A DNA stretch of 64,000 nt from Flagellimonas sp. (GCF_965601775.1 NZ_OZ271837.1:2374990-2438989), one strand, 5' to 3'. Counted from the stretch's first letter, positions 1 to 8,391 are shown. Translations and numbers: made by a program. The notes: a model not told the origin generated them from the letters alone.

Positions 1-75
1 GTAAAATCCTAATTTTTAGTAGTATGAACAACCATTATCGAGTACCCAGTTCAACGGTAAGAAAGGAAATCGAGC

Positions 76-609
76 TTATTTTGGAATCTCTTCGTGAGAA
101 ATACTAGCTTCCACTTTTTTGATATCCGTAAACTTACCATACTTTTTTAATAACAAGGAAAGCTTGGGGGTAATATAGGTAGTACAAAATGGTTTATTGG
201 AATCCGTATAGTAATAGTTGTGGAACTGTTCCTCGGAAGGCTTAAACCTTTCAAAATGAGACACTCGAGTAATTAGCTTTTCATCGAATACAACATTTAA
301 CTCATCCAATATTTTGTTTGATTTTTCAAAATCGGCAGAGTTGAAGGCGTAAACAGCAGAACGGTATTTACCACGCATGGAGTGATTTGAAGTACTCTTA
401 TGGGTATACAAATGAATCTCTATTAGTTCCTTCAACGAAATTTTAGAGCTGTTGTATGAAACAATAACTGCTTCAGAAAATATGGATTCCTCTTTGGAGC
501 TGATAAATCCCTGTTCCACCTGAATTACATCCTTCAACGATAAAAAAACTGCCTCGGTGCACCAATGACACCCTCCTCCCAATCCAATTTTTTTGATTTC
601 CATTTTCAT
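76..609 (-). CDS. msrA: Peptide methionine sulfoxide reductase MsrA-like protein, divergent (GCHWC motif)
   Basis: GGGCHWCTEAVF resembles GCFWC; KYRSAVY and EEQFHNYY...PFC motifs. Start moved from ORF-track 675 to ATG 609 (or 603) because a terminator lies at 633-665. Confidence 0.8.
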   Translation of the reverse strand: MKMEIKKIGLGGGCHWCTEAVFLSLKDVIQVEQGFISSKEESIFSEAVIVSYNSSKISLKELIEIHLYTHKSTSNHSMRGKYRSAVYAFNSADFEKSNKILDELNVVFDEKLITRVSHFERFKPSEEQFHNYYYTDSNKPFCTTYITPKLSLLLKKYGKFTDIKKVEASISHEEIPK

Positions 610-632
610 TCTGCCTATTGCAAGGTACCCAC

Positions 633-665
633 AAAAAAGATAGAACCGAGAAAATCTCCCGGTTC
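633..665 (-). terminator. Intrinsic terminator just upstream of msrA
   Basis: Minus strand GAACCGGGAG-ATT-TTCTCGGTTC stem (9-10 bp with G-U pairs) followed by TATCTTTTTT. Confidence 0.7.
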
Positions 666-905
666 CATCAAACAAAACAACTTAAAAAGCACGACAACTA
701 AATCGCAACGCAACCTTGAGCATTGGTATCTAGTAGGTTACCGGATTCTTCAACCGATAAACCTATAGATTCCCAGTTGTGTAACCCTACTAGAGCATTT
801 GGCAACTGAGTTAACCAAAACTCTCTTGATCCAACTGGAAAATACAGCTATAGCAGTTGCTATAATTTTGTACGCTGAATACTTAGCTTTCTTACGCCGA
901 GTTTT
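633..905 (-). ncRNA. Candidate structured non-coding RNA or leader, family unrecognised
   Basis: 13-bp stem 729-741/781-794, crossing 9-bp stem 771-779/832-840, hairpin 849-864; ends in the 633-665 terminator; no convincing ORF. Confidence 0.3.
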
Positions 906-1020
906 AAAAGGAAAAAATGAAGTAAAACAAGGTGTTTGTAAATAATTATAAATCAAATAGTTATGTAGTCGTGATTTATTTATTTGATAGAAATGTTATA
1001 AAAATATGATATTTCCAAGC

Positions 1021-1104
1021 AGACTTTGGATATCAGACATCAGACATCAGACATCAGATATAAGATATCAGAACTTTAGACTTTGGACCTTTAGCTTTGG
1101 ACCT
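1021..1104. repeat. Degenerate heptamer tandem array (about 12 units, AGACATC/AGACTTT/GGACCTT type)
   Basis: agacttt ggatatc agacatc x3 agatata agatatc agaactt tagactt tggacct ttagctt tggacct; abuts the nudK stop codon at 1105. Confidence 0.9.
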
Positions 1105-1683
1105 TCAAGAAAAAAGTCCATTCAACTTGGCGTATTGCAGTAACATAATAGTCTTGGCATCACGGATTTCTCCTGTAACCATCATCTGCCATGCTTGAGT
1201 AAAAGGAAGTTCCAGCACTTCAATATTCTCAGTTTCATCCTCAGCGCCACCACCTTCACTCACTTTCATATGGTCTTCATACTCCCCAATAAAAAAGTGT
1301 AAAATCTCGGTTACGGAACCTGGTGACATATAGGATTCAAATACTTTCTGGACCTTGTCTATTTGATAACCGGTCTCCTCTTCCACTTCCATTTTAATGG
1401 TTTCTTCGGCATTGCCCTTTTCCAAGATTCCAGCACAGGCTTCAATCATCATTCCGTCGGTATTCCCATTCAAATAGGTGGGCATTCGAAATTGACGGGT
1501 AAGCACCACGGTTTGCTTTTTGGTATTATACAGCAGGATTACCGCCCCATTGCCCCTATCGTAAGCCTCACGGATTTGGGTTTCCCATTGCCCATCTTTC
1601 CTTTGATACTCAAAGGTTACCTTGTTCAGCGAGTACCAATTATCTGAAAGCAATTCTTTTCGAATATTCCGCACTTTACCCAT
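1105..1683 (-). CDS. nudK: Nudix hydrolase, GDP-mannose pyrophosphatase NudK (YffH/AdpP family)
   Basis: [21 protein letters not shown], Nudix box AGILE...[15 protein letters not shown]. Confidence 0.9.
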   Translation of the reverse strand: MGKVRNIRKELLSDNWYSLNKVTFEYQRKDGQWETQIREAYDRGNGAVILLYNTKKQTVVLTRQFRMPTYLNGNTDGMMIEACAGILEKGNAEETIKMEVEEETGYQIDKVQKVFESYMSPGSVTEILHFFIGEYEDHMKVSEGGGAEDETENIEVLELPFTQAWQMMVTGEIRDAKTIMLLQYAKLNGLFS

Positions 1684-2038
1684 TTGCTTCAGGTATTTCG
1701 TCCAAGTCGTAATAAATTTTCAATCCTAGTTCCCTTGCAACCTCAACATCTTGGTCTGCACCCTTGGATGCTCCTTCAATACGAAGAATAGCATCGCACT
1801 TAGTCAGCAGCCTATGGGCCGTGGGATATTGCAGTTCTTGAAACACTGCATCCCCTATTTCTTTAGAGCCCGCCAATTTCATCAATGGATTTGCCACCCA
1901 TTCACCAATCATGGGTACATGTCCTTTTCGAAAAATAGGTAGTGCCATCGCCTCCAGGTTATCCATATTTTGCTGAATCAAAACCGGGTCATTCCCCGTT
2001 CCACTTCGATACGGACCGGCAATCATAATTAGCATCAT
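1676..2038 (-). CDS. DUF4406-like protein (nucleoside deoxyribosyltransferase-like fold)
   Basis: [28 protein letters not shown]; overlaps the nudK start by 8 bp. Confidence 0.7.
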   Translation of the reverse strand: MMLIMIAGPYRSGTGNDPVLIQQNMDNLEAMALPIFRKGHVPMIGEWVANPLMKLAGSKEIGDAVFQELQYPTAHRLLTKCDAILRIEGASKGADQDVEVARELGLKIYYDLDEIPEANG

Positions 2039-2047
2039 CGCTTTCGT

Positions 2048-2079
2048 TTTACCAAAGAAACAAATTTGTTTGCGGTAAA
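2048..2079. promoter_or_regulatory. Palindromic putative operator upstream of DUF4406-nudK
   Basis: Perfect 14-bp palindrome AAACAAATTTGTTT (2058-2071) nested in TTTACC...GGTAAA, 10 bp upstream of the start codon. Confidence 0.45.
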
Positions 2080-2092
2080 CTCTTAAGATAGT

Positions 2093-2707
2093 TTAAGACC
2101 CTATCCTGTTTTTGACCGTGCTTAAAAATTCTGGGGTCACCCCCAAATAGGAGGCTATTTGTTTTTGGCTGACCTTTTTCACGATTTTCGGATATTTTTC
2201 CAAAAAACGGAGATATCTTTCTTCCACGGGACAGGAAATGGCATCTAAAACTCGCTGTTGCTCGCGCACATAAGCTCTTTGATACAAAATTCTGAAGTAC
2301 TTCTCCATTTTAGGTAAGGTAAAGAGCATTTTCTCAAGAGCTTCTGAATCAATTTCAAAGAGCAAACTGTCATCCAAAGTTTCTAGGGAAATACTGGCTG
2401 CTTGTTCATTCAAGAAAGCCCCCATATCGGTAATCCACCAATCTTCCACAGCAAACATTATAGTTGATTCCTTGCCTTCTAAATTGGTATGAAAAGCCCT
2501 TACACTGCCTTGCTGCACAAAATAAAATCTTCTGCATAGGTTCCCTTGTTGCAAAAAAAGTGTCTTTCTAGGCCGACGGGTAACATTGAAAAAACCTAAT
2601 ACCAAATTTTCCTCATCAGCACCGAGGTCTACGTGTTTTCGAATATTTGAAAACAACAGATTTTTTGAAGACTTATCTGGAAAATCATTTTTTATGCCAT
2701 CATCCAT
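2093..2707 (-). CDS. Crp/Fnr family transcriptional regulator
   Basis: cNMP-binding core (FVQQGSVRAF...FAVEDWWITD), C-terminal HTH SQKQIASYLGVTPEFLS; start uncertain (2728 or 2707). Confidence 0.85.
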   Translation of the reverse strand: MDDGIKNDFPDKSSKNLLFSNIRKHVDLGADEENLVLGFFNVTRRPRKTLFLQQGNLCRRFYFVQQGSVRAFHTNLEGKESTIMFAVEDWWITDMGAFLNEQAASISLETLDDSLLFEIDSEALEKMLFTLPKMEKYFRILYQRAYVREQQRVLDAISCPVEERYLRFLEKYPKIVKKVSQKQIASYLGVTPEFLSTVKNRIGS

Positions 2708-2738
2708 AGCGGGTGGAAATAATAACATTTATTGGAAA

Positions 2739-3392
2739 TTATAAAAAGACGGCCTGATTCAAGTATCGCCTAAAAGGTAGCATTTCCAAGTATACCTCCT
2801 TTATTTTCTCCTTAAAATCAGGTTGAAGCACCTCTGCTTGGTCCAATTCATGGACGACGGCAAAAGTTTTGTTCTTGAGTAATTCGATATGGGGATGTTC
2901 TTTGGTAAATCCCTTGGGAGGATTTCTTAGTCTTTCGTCTTCGTAAAGTTCACCGAATAGTTCTTTAAACTTTGGCTTATCCAAAATGGCTTGAAATTCT
3001 TCTCCGTCGTAGTCGATCCCATCACGAATGCTTCGCAACACTTTAGGTTCTGGTCTCCAAAAGCCTCCAGCCAAAAGGCATTGCTTTACGCCTACCTCAA
3101 TATAAAAATCAGCAGAACCGGGTGCCTTGTCTAATCCAGCTCCAAAATGGTCCTTATAAATGGGTTTATGGGGATGGAACATAAGGTTGTTGTTGATTCT
3201 ATTTATCCCCTTTTTACCCGGAGTGGGGTAATAATCCTCATCCAATTGGGCCATGGTATAATCCAAATCGTCCAACCAGAGAATAAAATCTTTCCGAAGG
3301 GAGGTATACCATTTTCGATTGGCATCCATCCATTCTTTGGTGTTGTTTTGCTGTAATTGTTCTAGGAAGTCGAAGAGCTCTTTAAAGTTCAT
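2739..3392 (-). CDS. DUF2461 (TIGR02453) family protein
   Basis: FLEQLQQNNTKEWM..NRKWY, INRINNNLMF, PIYKDHF, LKNKTF. Start set to MNFKELF at 3392; the ORF-track extension runs through the repeat array. Confidence 0.85.
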   Translation of the reverse strand: MNFKELFDFLEQLQQNNTKEWMDANRKWYTSLRKDFILWLDDLDYTMAQLDEDYYPTPGKKGINRINNNLMFHPHKPIYKDHFGAGLDKAPGSADFYIEVGVKQCLLAGGFWRPEPKVLRSIRDGIDYDGEEFQAILDKPKFKELFGELYEDERLRNPPKGFTKEHPHIELLKNKTFAVVHELDQAEVLQPDFKEKIKEVYLEMLPFRRYLNQAVFL

Positions 3393-3396
3393 GTTT

Positions 3397-3438
3397 TTGA
3401 ATGCTCGATGTTTGGTGTTTGGTGTTTGGTGTTTGGTG
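3397..3438. repeat. Heptamer array downstream of the four-helix-bundle gene (TTTGGTG x4 plus 2 degenerate units)
   Basis: ttgaatg ctcgatg tttggtg x4; minus strand reads (CACCAAA)4 CATCGAG CATTCAA and fills the gap between the stop at 3445 and the next ATG at 3392. Confidence 0.9.
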
Positions 3439-3444
3439 ATGAAG

Positions 3445-3807
3445 TTATAGTTTATTTCTAAAAGCAATAATCATATTCATCAACTTAAAACAATCATCAT
3501 ACAGTGCTGAAAAACTAGTAGATGAGATATATTTTCTATGATTGGCTGTGTGCAAACAGGTAACTACCTCGGCCAATGACCTAGCAGAATATCCCAAAAA
3601 CCTCCGGAATTCGGGCTTAGATTGTACTATGGAACCTTCTGAGATATTTAATGCCACAGAATCAACCGCCCGACATATTTGAGAGGTCAAGTTAAATCTT
3701 TCTTTGTCAGGAAAGTTATCGGCTATTCCGACCACCGCTTCGCCAAGTTTCATGGCATCCTTCCATATATGCAACTTCTCAAATTTGAATTTGGGTAGGC
3801 CTTCCAT
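3445..3807 (-). CDS. Four-helix-bundle protein (TIGR02436 / 23S rRNA IVS protein / Avd-like fold)
   Basis: FEKLHIWKDAMKL...FPDKERFNLTSQICRAVDSVALNISEGS..QSKPEFRRFLGYSARSLAEVVTCL; 120 aa from ATG 3807. Confidence 0.9.
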   Translation of the reverse strand: MEGLPKFKFEKLHIWKDAMKLGEAVVGIADNFPDKERFNLTSQICRAVDSVALNISEGSIVQSKPEFRRFLGYSARSLAEVVTCLHTANHRKYISSTSFSALYDDCFKLMNMIIAFRNKL

Positions 3808-3829
3808 AAGCAGATAAAGATTTGGAAAG

Positions 3830-3837
3830 CAAACATA
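3830..3837 (-). promoter_or_regulatory. Bacteroidetes housekeeping -7 promoter element for the four-helix gene
   Basis: Minus strand TATGTTTG matches TAnnTTTG, 22 nt before the ATG. Confidence 0.55.
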
Positions 3838-3853
3838 CAATATTCGTAGCTGA

Positions 3854-3981
3854 GCCTCTAGCATCTAGCACCAGACCCCAGACATCGATCATCAGACCTC
3901 AGACTTCGGGCATCAAACTTCAGACATCCGACATCCGACACCCAACTCCCCAACCATCAACTCAAACACCCAATTCATCAA
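3854..3981. repeat. Degenerate heptamer array upstream of the four-helix-bundle gene (about 17-18 units, GACATCA consensus)
   Basis: gcctcta gcatcta gcacca gacccca gacatcg atcatca gacctca gacttcg ggcatca aacttca gacatcc gacatcc gacaccc aactccc ... Confidence 0.9.
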
Positions 3982-4044
3982 TTGCCTACTCCGCTGTAAA
4001 TCAATTCGTAGCATCTTGAAGTTTTAACTATAAACGCTTAAAAA

Positions 4045-6447
4045 ATGAGCTGCAAAAAGATTTTTCATTGTGTACTTTTCCTATTGATTGTCATGTCCTG
4101 CGGCAAGGACGATGAACCTTCCCTTCCCCCTGAACCTGAAAACAATGCCCCTACCATGGAGGCCCAAACCCTGTCCGCAGCAGAGGATGTGGCCCCAGGC
4201 AGCAAGATTGGGGACATCAGTGCATCTGATGAAGATGGAGATGCGCTTTCCTTTGCCCTGAGTGGCGATTCACCATTTGTACTTTCGTCAGATGGCAGTC
4301 TAAGCTTGGCCGAAAACCAAAACTTGGACTTTGAGGCCGCAACAACCTATGCGCTGAGCGTTACCGTGAAAGATACCGAAAATGCAACGGCCTCAGCCAC
4401 GGTGACTGTTAATGTGACCAATGTAAATGAGCCTCCAGTTTTTGAAAAAGAGTCCTTTGAATTTATGCCAGACGAGGATATTCTACCTAATACACCTTTA
4501 GGTGCAGTAACCGCCACCGACCCTGAAAATGATGAAATTGAGTTCAGTATCAGTGCGAATGACAATGATCTCTTTACTATTGATCCCGCTACTGGAACCA
4601 TTAGCCTGGCCGAGAATAAGACCTTGGATTTTGATACCGTACCTGAACATACCATTACCGTGACCGCCGATGACAAAAAAGGGGAAACAGCAGTCGTCAA
4701 TGTAGGTATTGGATTGATTAATGTCAATGAATCTCCTGTATTTGGCCAAGAAGCTTACAATTTCGAAGTGAGCGAAGGCACTCCCGAAGATTCTTTTGGT
4801 TCTGTAAGTGCGGAGGACCCCGACGGCGATTCTGTAATCTACGAGATTATTGTAAATCCCTATGATTTGTTTGTGATCAACCCCGAAACTGGGGGCCTAA
4901 GTTTGGCCGAAGGCCAGAGTTTGGACTTTGAGGCCTTTGAGGGTGCAGAACCAGTGTATACTCTGACCGTACAGGCAAGCGACAGTGAAAACATGCCTCA
5001 AAAGGAGGTGACCATCACCGTATTGGACGTCAACGAAGCTCCTGTATTGACAGGCCCTACTAGTTTCAATGTCAATGAGAACATTCCGGATACTGAAGTT
5101 TTTGCTACGCTTACGGCAGAAGACCCGGAAGGAACCAATGTAACCCTAACACTTACTGACGATGCCGAAGGTGTTTTTGAAATGACAGGGGAAGGAAATA
5201 TCAGTCTAGTCAATGGACAGCTATTAGATTTTGAACAACAACCCAACTCCTACGAGATAATTGTGCGGACAAGCGATGGTACAAATGAATCAGACCATAT
5301 AATTGGAATACAAGTCCAGAATGTGAATGAAACTCCTGTGGTGGAAGACCAACAGATAGACATTGAAGTAGTGGAATCCATTAATCATGTAGTAAATATT
5401 GCTCAAATCGTAGCATCAGACCCTGATGGTGATGAAACCCTAAGTTTCGATATTTTGGGCAACAACACATTATTTGAGGTTGATGGTAACGGAATTGTAA
5501 GCCTCATTGATGGCCAAAACTTGGATTTTGAAATGATGCCTAACCTAGGGGTCACGATTCAGGTAAGTGATGGTGAGTTTGAACTACAAACCCAGATAAA
5601 TCTAACCATAACTGATTCTTTTGCCGATGAACTTACACCTTATGTTACTACTTGGCGAACTACAAATCCTAATGAAGAAATCAGAATTCCTACTACAATC
5701 GGCCTTGATACTTACGATTTTATGATAGACTGGGGGGACGGTACTTTGGAAGCTATTAGTTTTATAGGAAATGATATTGTTCCCCATGTGTTTGAAAATC
5801 CAGGAACCTATACCGTAGCAATAATCGGTGATTTTCCAAGGAGTGAAGCAGCCAGTCTCAATAATGCATTCTCCGAGAAACTAATGAGTATCGAACAATG
5901 GGGGAATATCGAATGGTCAAGTCTTGTGACAGGTTTTCAGGAATGTGTGAACATGGAATATCACGCGACCGATACACCCAATTTAATAAACGTGCAAAAT
6001 ATTGATAATCTATTCTTCGAAGCTCGTTCTTTTAATGGAGATTTGAGTAACTGGGAAACTGAAAACATAACATCAATGAACAATGTATTTAGAGGTGCGG
6101 ATGTGTTTGAGGGAAACGGACTAAGTACTTGGAACACTGAGAGTGTAGATAGCATGAACGGAATGTTCCGTTTTGCATCTTCCTTCGACCAGAATTTAGG
6201 AAATTGGAATATCCAAAATATTACTTCGATGGAGGTGCTGTTCTCAGCATCAGGAATGTCTCCCGAAAATTATTCACAAACTTTGATTGGTTGGGCTGCT
6301 CAAGCCCCAAATATCCAAAACGGCGTAATCCTCGATGCTTCGGGTATCGAATACTGTAATACTCCAGAGGTATTGGCCGCTAGGGATATCTTGGAAAACA
6401 CGTATGGATGGATCATTACCGATGCTGGACCAGTCGATTGCAATTGA
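4045..6447 (+). CDS. Surface lipoprotein with five cadherin-like repeats, a PKD-like segment and a BspA/DUF285 repeat domain
   Basis: Lipobox IVMSC; five ASDxDGD/ATDPE...LDFE...NVNE units; IDWGDGT; FNGDLSNWETENITSM-type DUF285 repeats. Confidence 0.85.
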   Translation: MSCKKIFHCVLFLLIVMSCGKDDEPSLPPEPENNAPTMEAQTLSAAEDVAPGSKIGDISASDEDGDALSFALSGDSPFVLSSDGSLSLAENQNLDFEAATTYALSVTVKDTENATASATVTVNVTNVNEPPVFEKESFEFMPDEDILPNTPLGAVTATDPENDEIEFSISANDNDLFTIDPATGTISLAENKTLDFDTVPEHTITVTADDKKGETAVVNVGIGLINVNESPVFGQEAYNFEVSEGTPEDSFGSVSAEDPDGDSVIYEIIVNPYDLFVINPETGGLSLAEGQSLDFEAFEGAEPVYTLTVQASDSENMPQKEVTITVLDVNEAPVLTGPTSFNVNENIPDTEVFATLTAEDPEGTNVTLTLTDDAEGVFEMTGEGNISLVNGQLLDFEQQPNSYEIIVRTSDGTNESDHIIGIQVQNVNETPVVEDQQIDIEVVESINHVVNIAQIVASDPDGDETLSFDILGNNTLFEVDGNGIVSLIDGQNLDFEMMPNLGVTIQVSDGEFELQTQINLTITDSFADELTPYVTTWRTTNPNEEIRIPTTIGLDTYDFMIDWGDGTLEAISFIGNDIVPHVFENPGTYTVAIIGDFPRSEAASLNNAFSEKLMSIEQWGNIEWSSLVTGFQECVNMEYHATDTPNLINVQNIDNLFFEARSFNGDLSNWETENITSMNNVFRGADVFEGNGLSTWNTESVDSMNGMFRFASSFDQNLGNWNIQNITSMEVLFSASGMSPENYSQTLIGWAAQAPNIQNGVILDASGIEYCNTPEVLAARDILENTYGWIITDAGPVDCN

Positions 6448-6489
6448 TATAGAAAAGCAAGTATTTTGGTTTTAAATTGATTTTGATTT

Positions 6490-6524
6490 AAAGCACCGTC
6501 GGTCTTGACCTATGGTGCTTTTTT
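6490..6524. terminator. Terminator between convergent genes
   Basis: AAAGCACC...GGTGCTTT inverted repeat followed by a T run. Confidence 0.7.
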
Positions 6525-6531
6525 ATGTTTG

Positions 6532-7329
6532 TTAGAAACCATTATCCCCCATGACCATATCGCCTAGGCCACCCAAAATACTTCCTTCCCCTTTATCTTT
6601 TCCACCTCTTGGGACAGCAGCCAAAACTCTTCCAGCCAGTCTGCTAAAGGGTAAGGATTGCACATATACCGTTCCTGGTCCTCGTAGGGTTGCGAAAAAG
6701 AGTCCTTCACCCCCGAAAATAGTATTCTTGATGCCTCCTACAAATTCGATATCGTAATTCACGGTTTGGTCAAAACCTACAATACAACCGGTATCTACCT
6801 TGAGTACTTCGCCGGGAGCTAGTTCTTTTCGCGCCAAGGTGCCTCCTGCATGTACAAAGGCCAAACCATCGCCCTCCAACTTTTGCATGATAAAGCCTTC
6901 ACCTCCAAACAGGCCGCGGCCCAATTTCTTCGAGAATTCAATCCCGACAGAAACACCTTTGGCCGCACAAAGAAAAGCATCTTTCTGGCAAATAAACTTA
7001 CCGCCTATTTCAGATAAATCTATGGGAACTATTTTTCCGGGATAGGGAGAAGCAAAGCTTACTTGCTTTTTTCCTTGGCCCACATTCAAAAAGGCCGTCA
7101 TAAACAAACTTTCCCCTGTGAGCAAACGTTTACCCGCTGAGAACAATTTGCCCAATACTCCAGAATCTTGACCGGAACCATCTCCAAAAATGGTATCCAT
7201 TTTAATGTCGGTGTCCATCATCATAAAGCTTCCCGCTTCGGCTACCACTGCTTCTTGGGGGTCGAGTTCAATCTCGACATATTGCATTTCTTCCCCATAA
7301 ATTTCATAGTCTATTTCGTGTGCGTTCAT
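6532..7329 (-). CDS. TIGR00266 / AIM24 family protein
   Basis: [57 protein letters not shown]. Confidence 0.9.
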   Translation of the reverse strand: MNAHEIDYEIYGEEMQYVEIELDPQEAVVAEAGSFMMMDTDIKMDTIFGDGSGQDSGVLGKLFSAGKRLLTGESLFMTAFLNVGQGKKQVSFASPYPGKIVPIDLSEIGGKFICQKDAFLCAAKGVSVGIEFSKKLGRGLFGGEGFIMQKLEGDGLAFVHAGGTLARKELAPGEVLKVDTGCIVGFDQTVNYDIEFVGGIKNTIFGGEGLFFATLRGPGTVYVQSLPFSRLAGRVLAAVPRGGKDKGEGSILGGLGDMVMGDNGF

Positions 7330-7412
7330 TTTTTGATTTTTAAGATTCGATATATTGGTGAGCTAATTCGATATTTTGTTACAGTCTTATTGGCTTGCGA
7401 CACCCCTAAAAT

Positions 7413-7434
7413 AAAAAAACAGCCCTTTGGGCTG
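7413..7434 (-). terminator. Intrinsic terminator after the yegP-like gene
   Basis: CAGCCC-AAA-GGGCTG followed by T7 on the minus strand. Confidence 0.6.
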
Positions 7435-7464
7435 CTCTTTTATCTTTTCGGAGTGAATTACATT

Positions 7465-7794
7465 TTAAGAGTTATCCACTACGTCAGCATCAGGAGCGTT
7501 TTTCTTAACAGAGGCTATTCCGTTTTCCATGGCGTCATTTGAAGAATACATTTCACTCTTTCCAATAATTTGACCATTGGTAGCCGTAAGCGTAAAGAAA
7601 GGGCTTCCATCTTTAGCCGTCTTGCGATCAAAACGCGCATCGTCCTGTGAATTCTTTTTTACAGACTCAATACCATTTTTACATCCATCCTTGCTCTCAT
7701 AGCTTTGACTGGTCAATATTACTTGCCCATTACCTGCTTTAAGATTGAACATGGTTTTACCTGAGCTTCCTGTTTTAATTTCGAATTTTCCCAT
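7465..7794 (-). CDS. YegP family (DUF1508) protein
   Basis: Tandem FNLKAGNGQVILTSQSY / FTLTATNGQIIGKSEMY...ENGIASVKKNA repeats. Confidence 0.9.
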   Translation of the reverse strand: MGKFEIKTGSSGKTMFNLKAGNGQVILTSQSYESKDGCKNGIESVKKNSQDDARFDRKTAKDGSPFFTLTATNGQIIGKSEMYSSNDAMENGIASVKKNAPDADVVDNS

Positions 7795-7935
7795 TTTGGT
7801 GTTTAATTTCTAATTAGTGTATAGTTAATGCTGAAATTACTAAAAAAATGGGTTTTCTTATGCTTTGTTCGCTGAAACCCACCATTTTGTTTCTTTTTTT
7901 AAGACACACTTGTTTTTAAAAGGTCACAAGCCAAA

Positions 7936-8391
7936 CTATTTTTTTAGCCGGATAGTCCATTCAAAGTTAAAAGTTGAAACCTCAATACCCTCTTCATTAA
8001 CGCCTACCGATTTCATCCAAAATTTCTGGCCTTCTCCGGTTTCGATGGTTTTTTGGATGGCATCCGCAATCAAATGACCGTCCTCGCAGGTGAAGGTAAT
8101 ACGACCTGTTGCTTTCTTTCCAAAATAGGCGTTGTTATTTTGAACCAACATGGATATTTTCCGTCCACTTTGTTGAATTTGGTCGATGACCATAGCACCC
8201 GTGCTCAGCTCCGCAGCCATGCCTTGAACCGCCCAAAACATACTTTTAAAAGGATTTTGATTCACCCATTTATGCTTTACCGTGGTAACGGCTTTTTTCT
8301 CATCAAGATATTTAAGTCGAACCCCGCACCACCATGCTGATGGCAATTTAAAAAAAGTAAACGTATTGAATTTACTGGGAGTCGCAGCCAT
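7936..8391 (-). CDS. DUF4442 hot-dog-fold thioesterase-like protein
   Basis: KLPSAWWCGVR, NQNPFKSMFWAVQGMAAELSTG, FGKKATGRITFTC. Confidence 0.8.
   Translation of the reverse strand: MAATPSKFNTFTFFKLPSAWWCGVRLKYLDEKKAVTTVKHKWVNQNPFKSMFWAVQGMAAELSTGAMVIDQIQQSGRKISMLVQNNNAYFGKKATGRITFTCEDGHLIADAIQKTIETGEGQKFWMKSVGVNEEGIEVSTFNFEWTIRLKK

Noticed and set aside
797-830. ATCAAGAG and GTTGCCAAAT resembling SAM-I riboswitch motifs
   Set aside because: No kink-turn P2, no GCAAC before the GTGC-like segment, and no ATC/GAT P1 closure; the family call is not supportable.
750-956. 68-aa minus-strand ORF
   Set aside because: TTG start, no recognisable motif, and it overlaps a region better explained by RNA structure.
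690-1020. Possible decayed four-helix gene after the solo array
   Set aside because: None of the three minus frames shows the SxxxNIxEG or RxFL motifs.
3393-3467. N-terminal extension of DUF2461 in the ORF track (and 3808-3864 for the four-helix gene)
   Set aside because: The extensions run through repeat or promoter DNA; family-typical starts are at 3392 and 3807.
3822-4019. 65-aa plus-strand ORF with PQTS-like repeats
   Set aside because: It is just the translation of the heptamer array (21-nt period gives 7-aa repeats) and overlaps the four-helix promoter.
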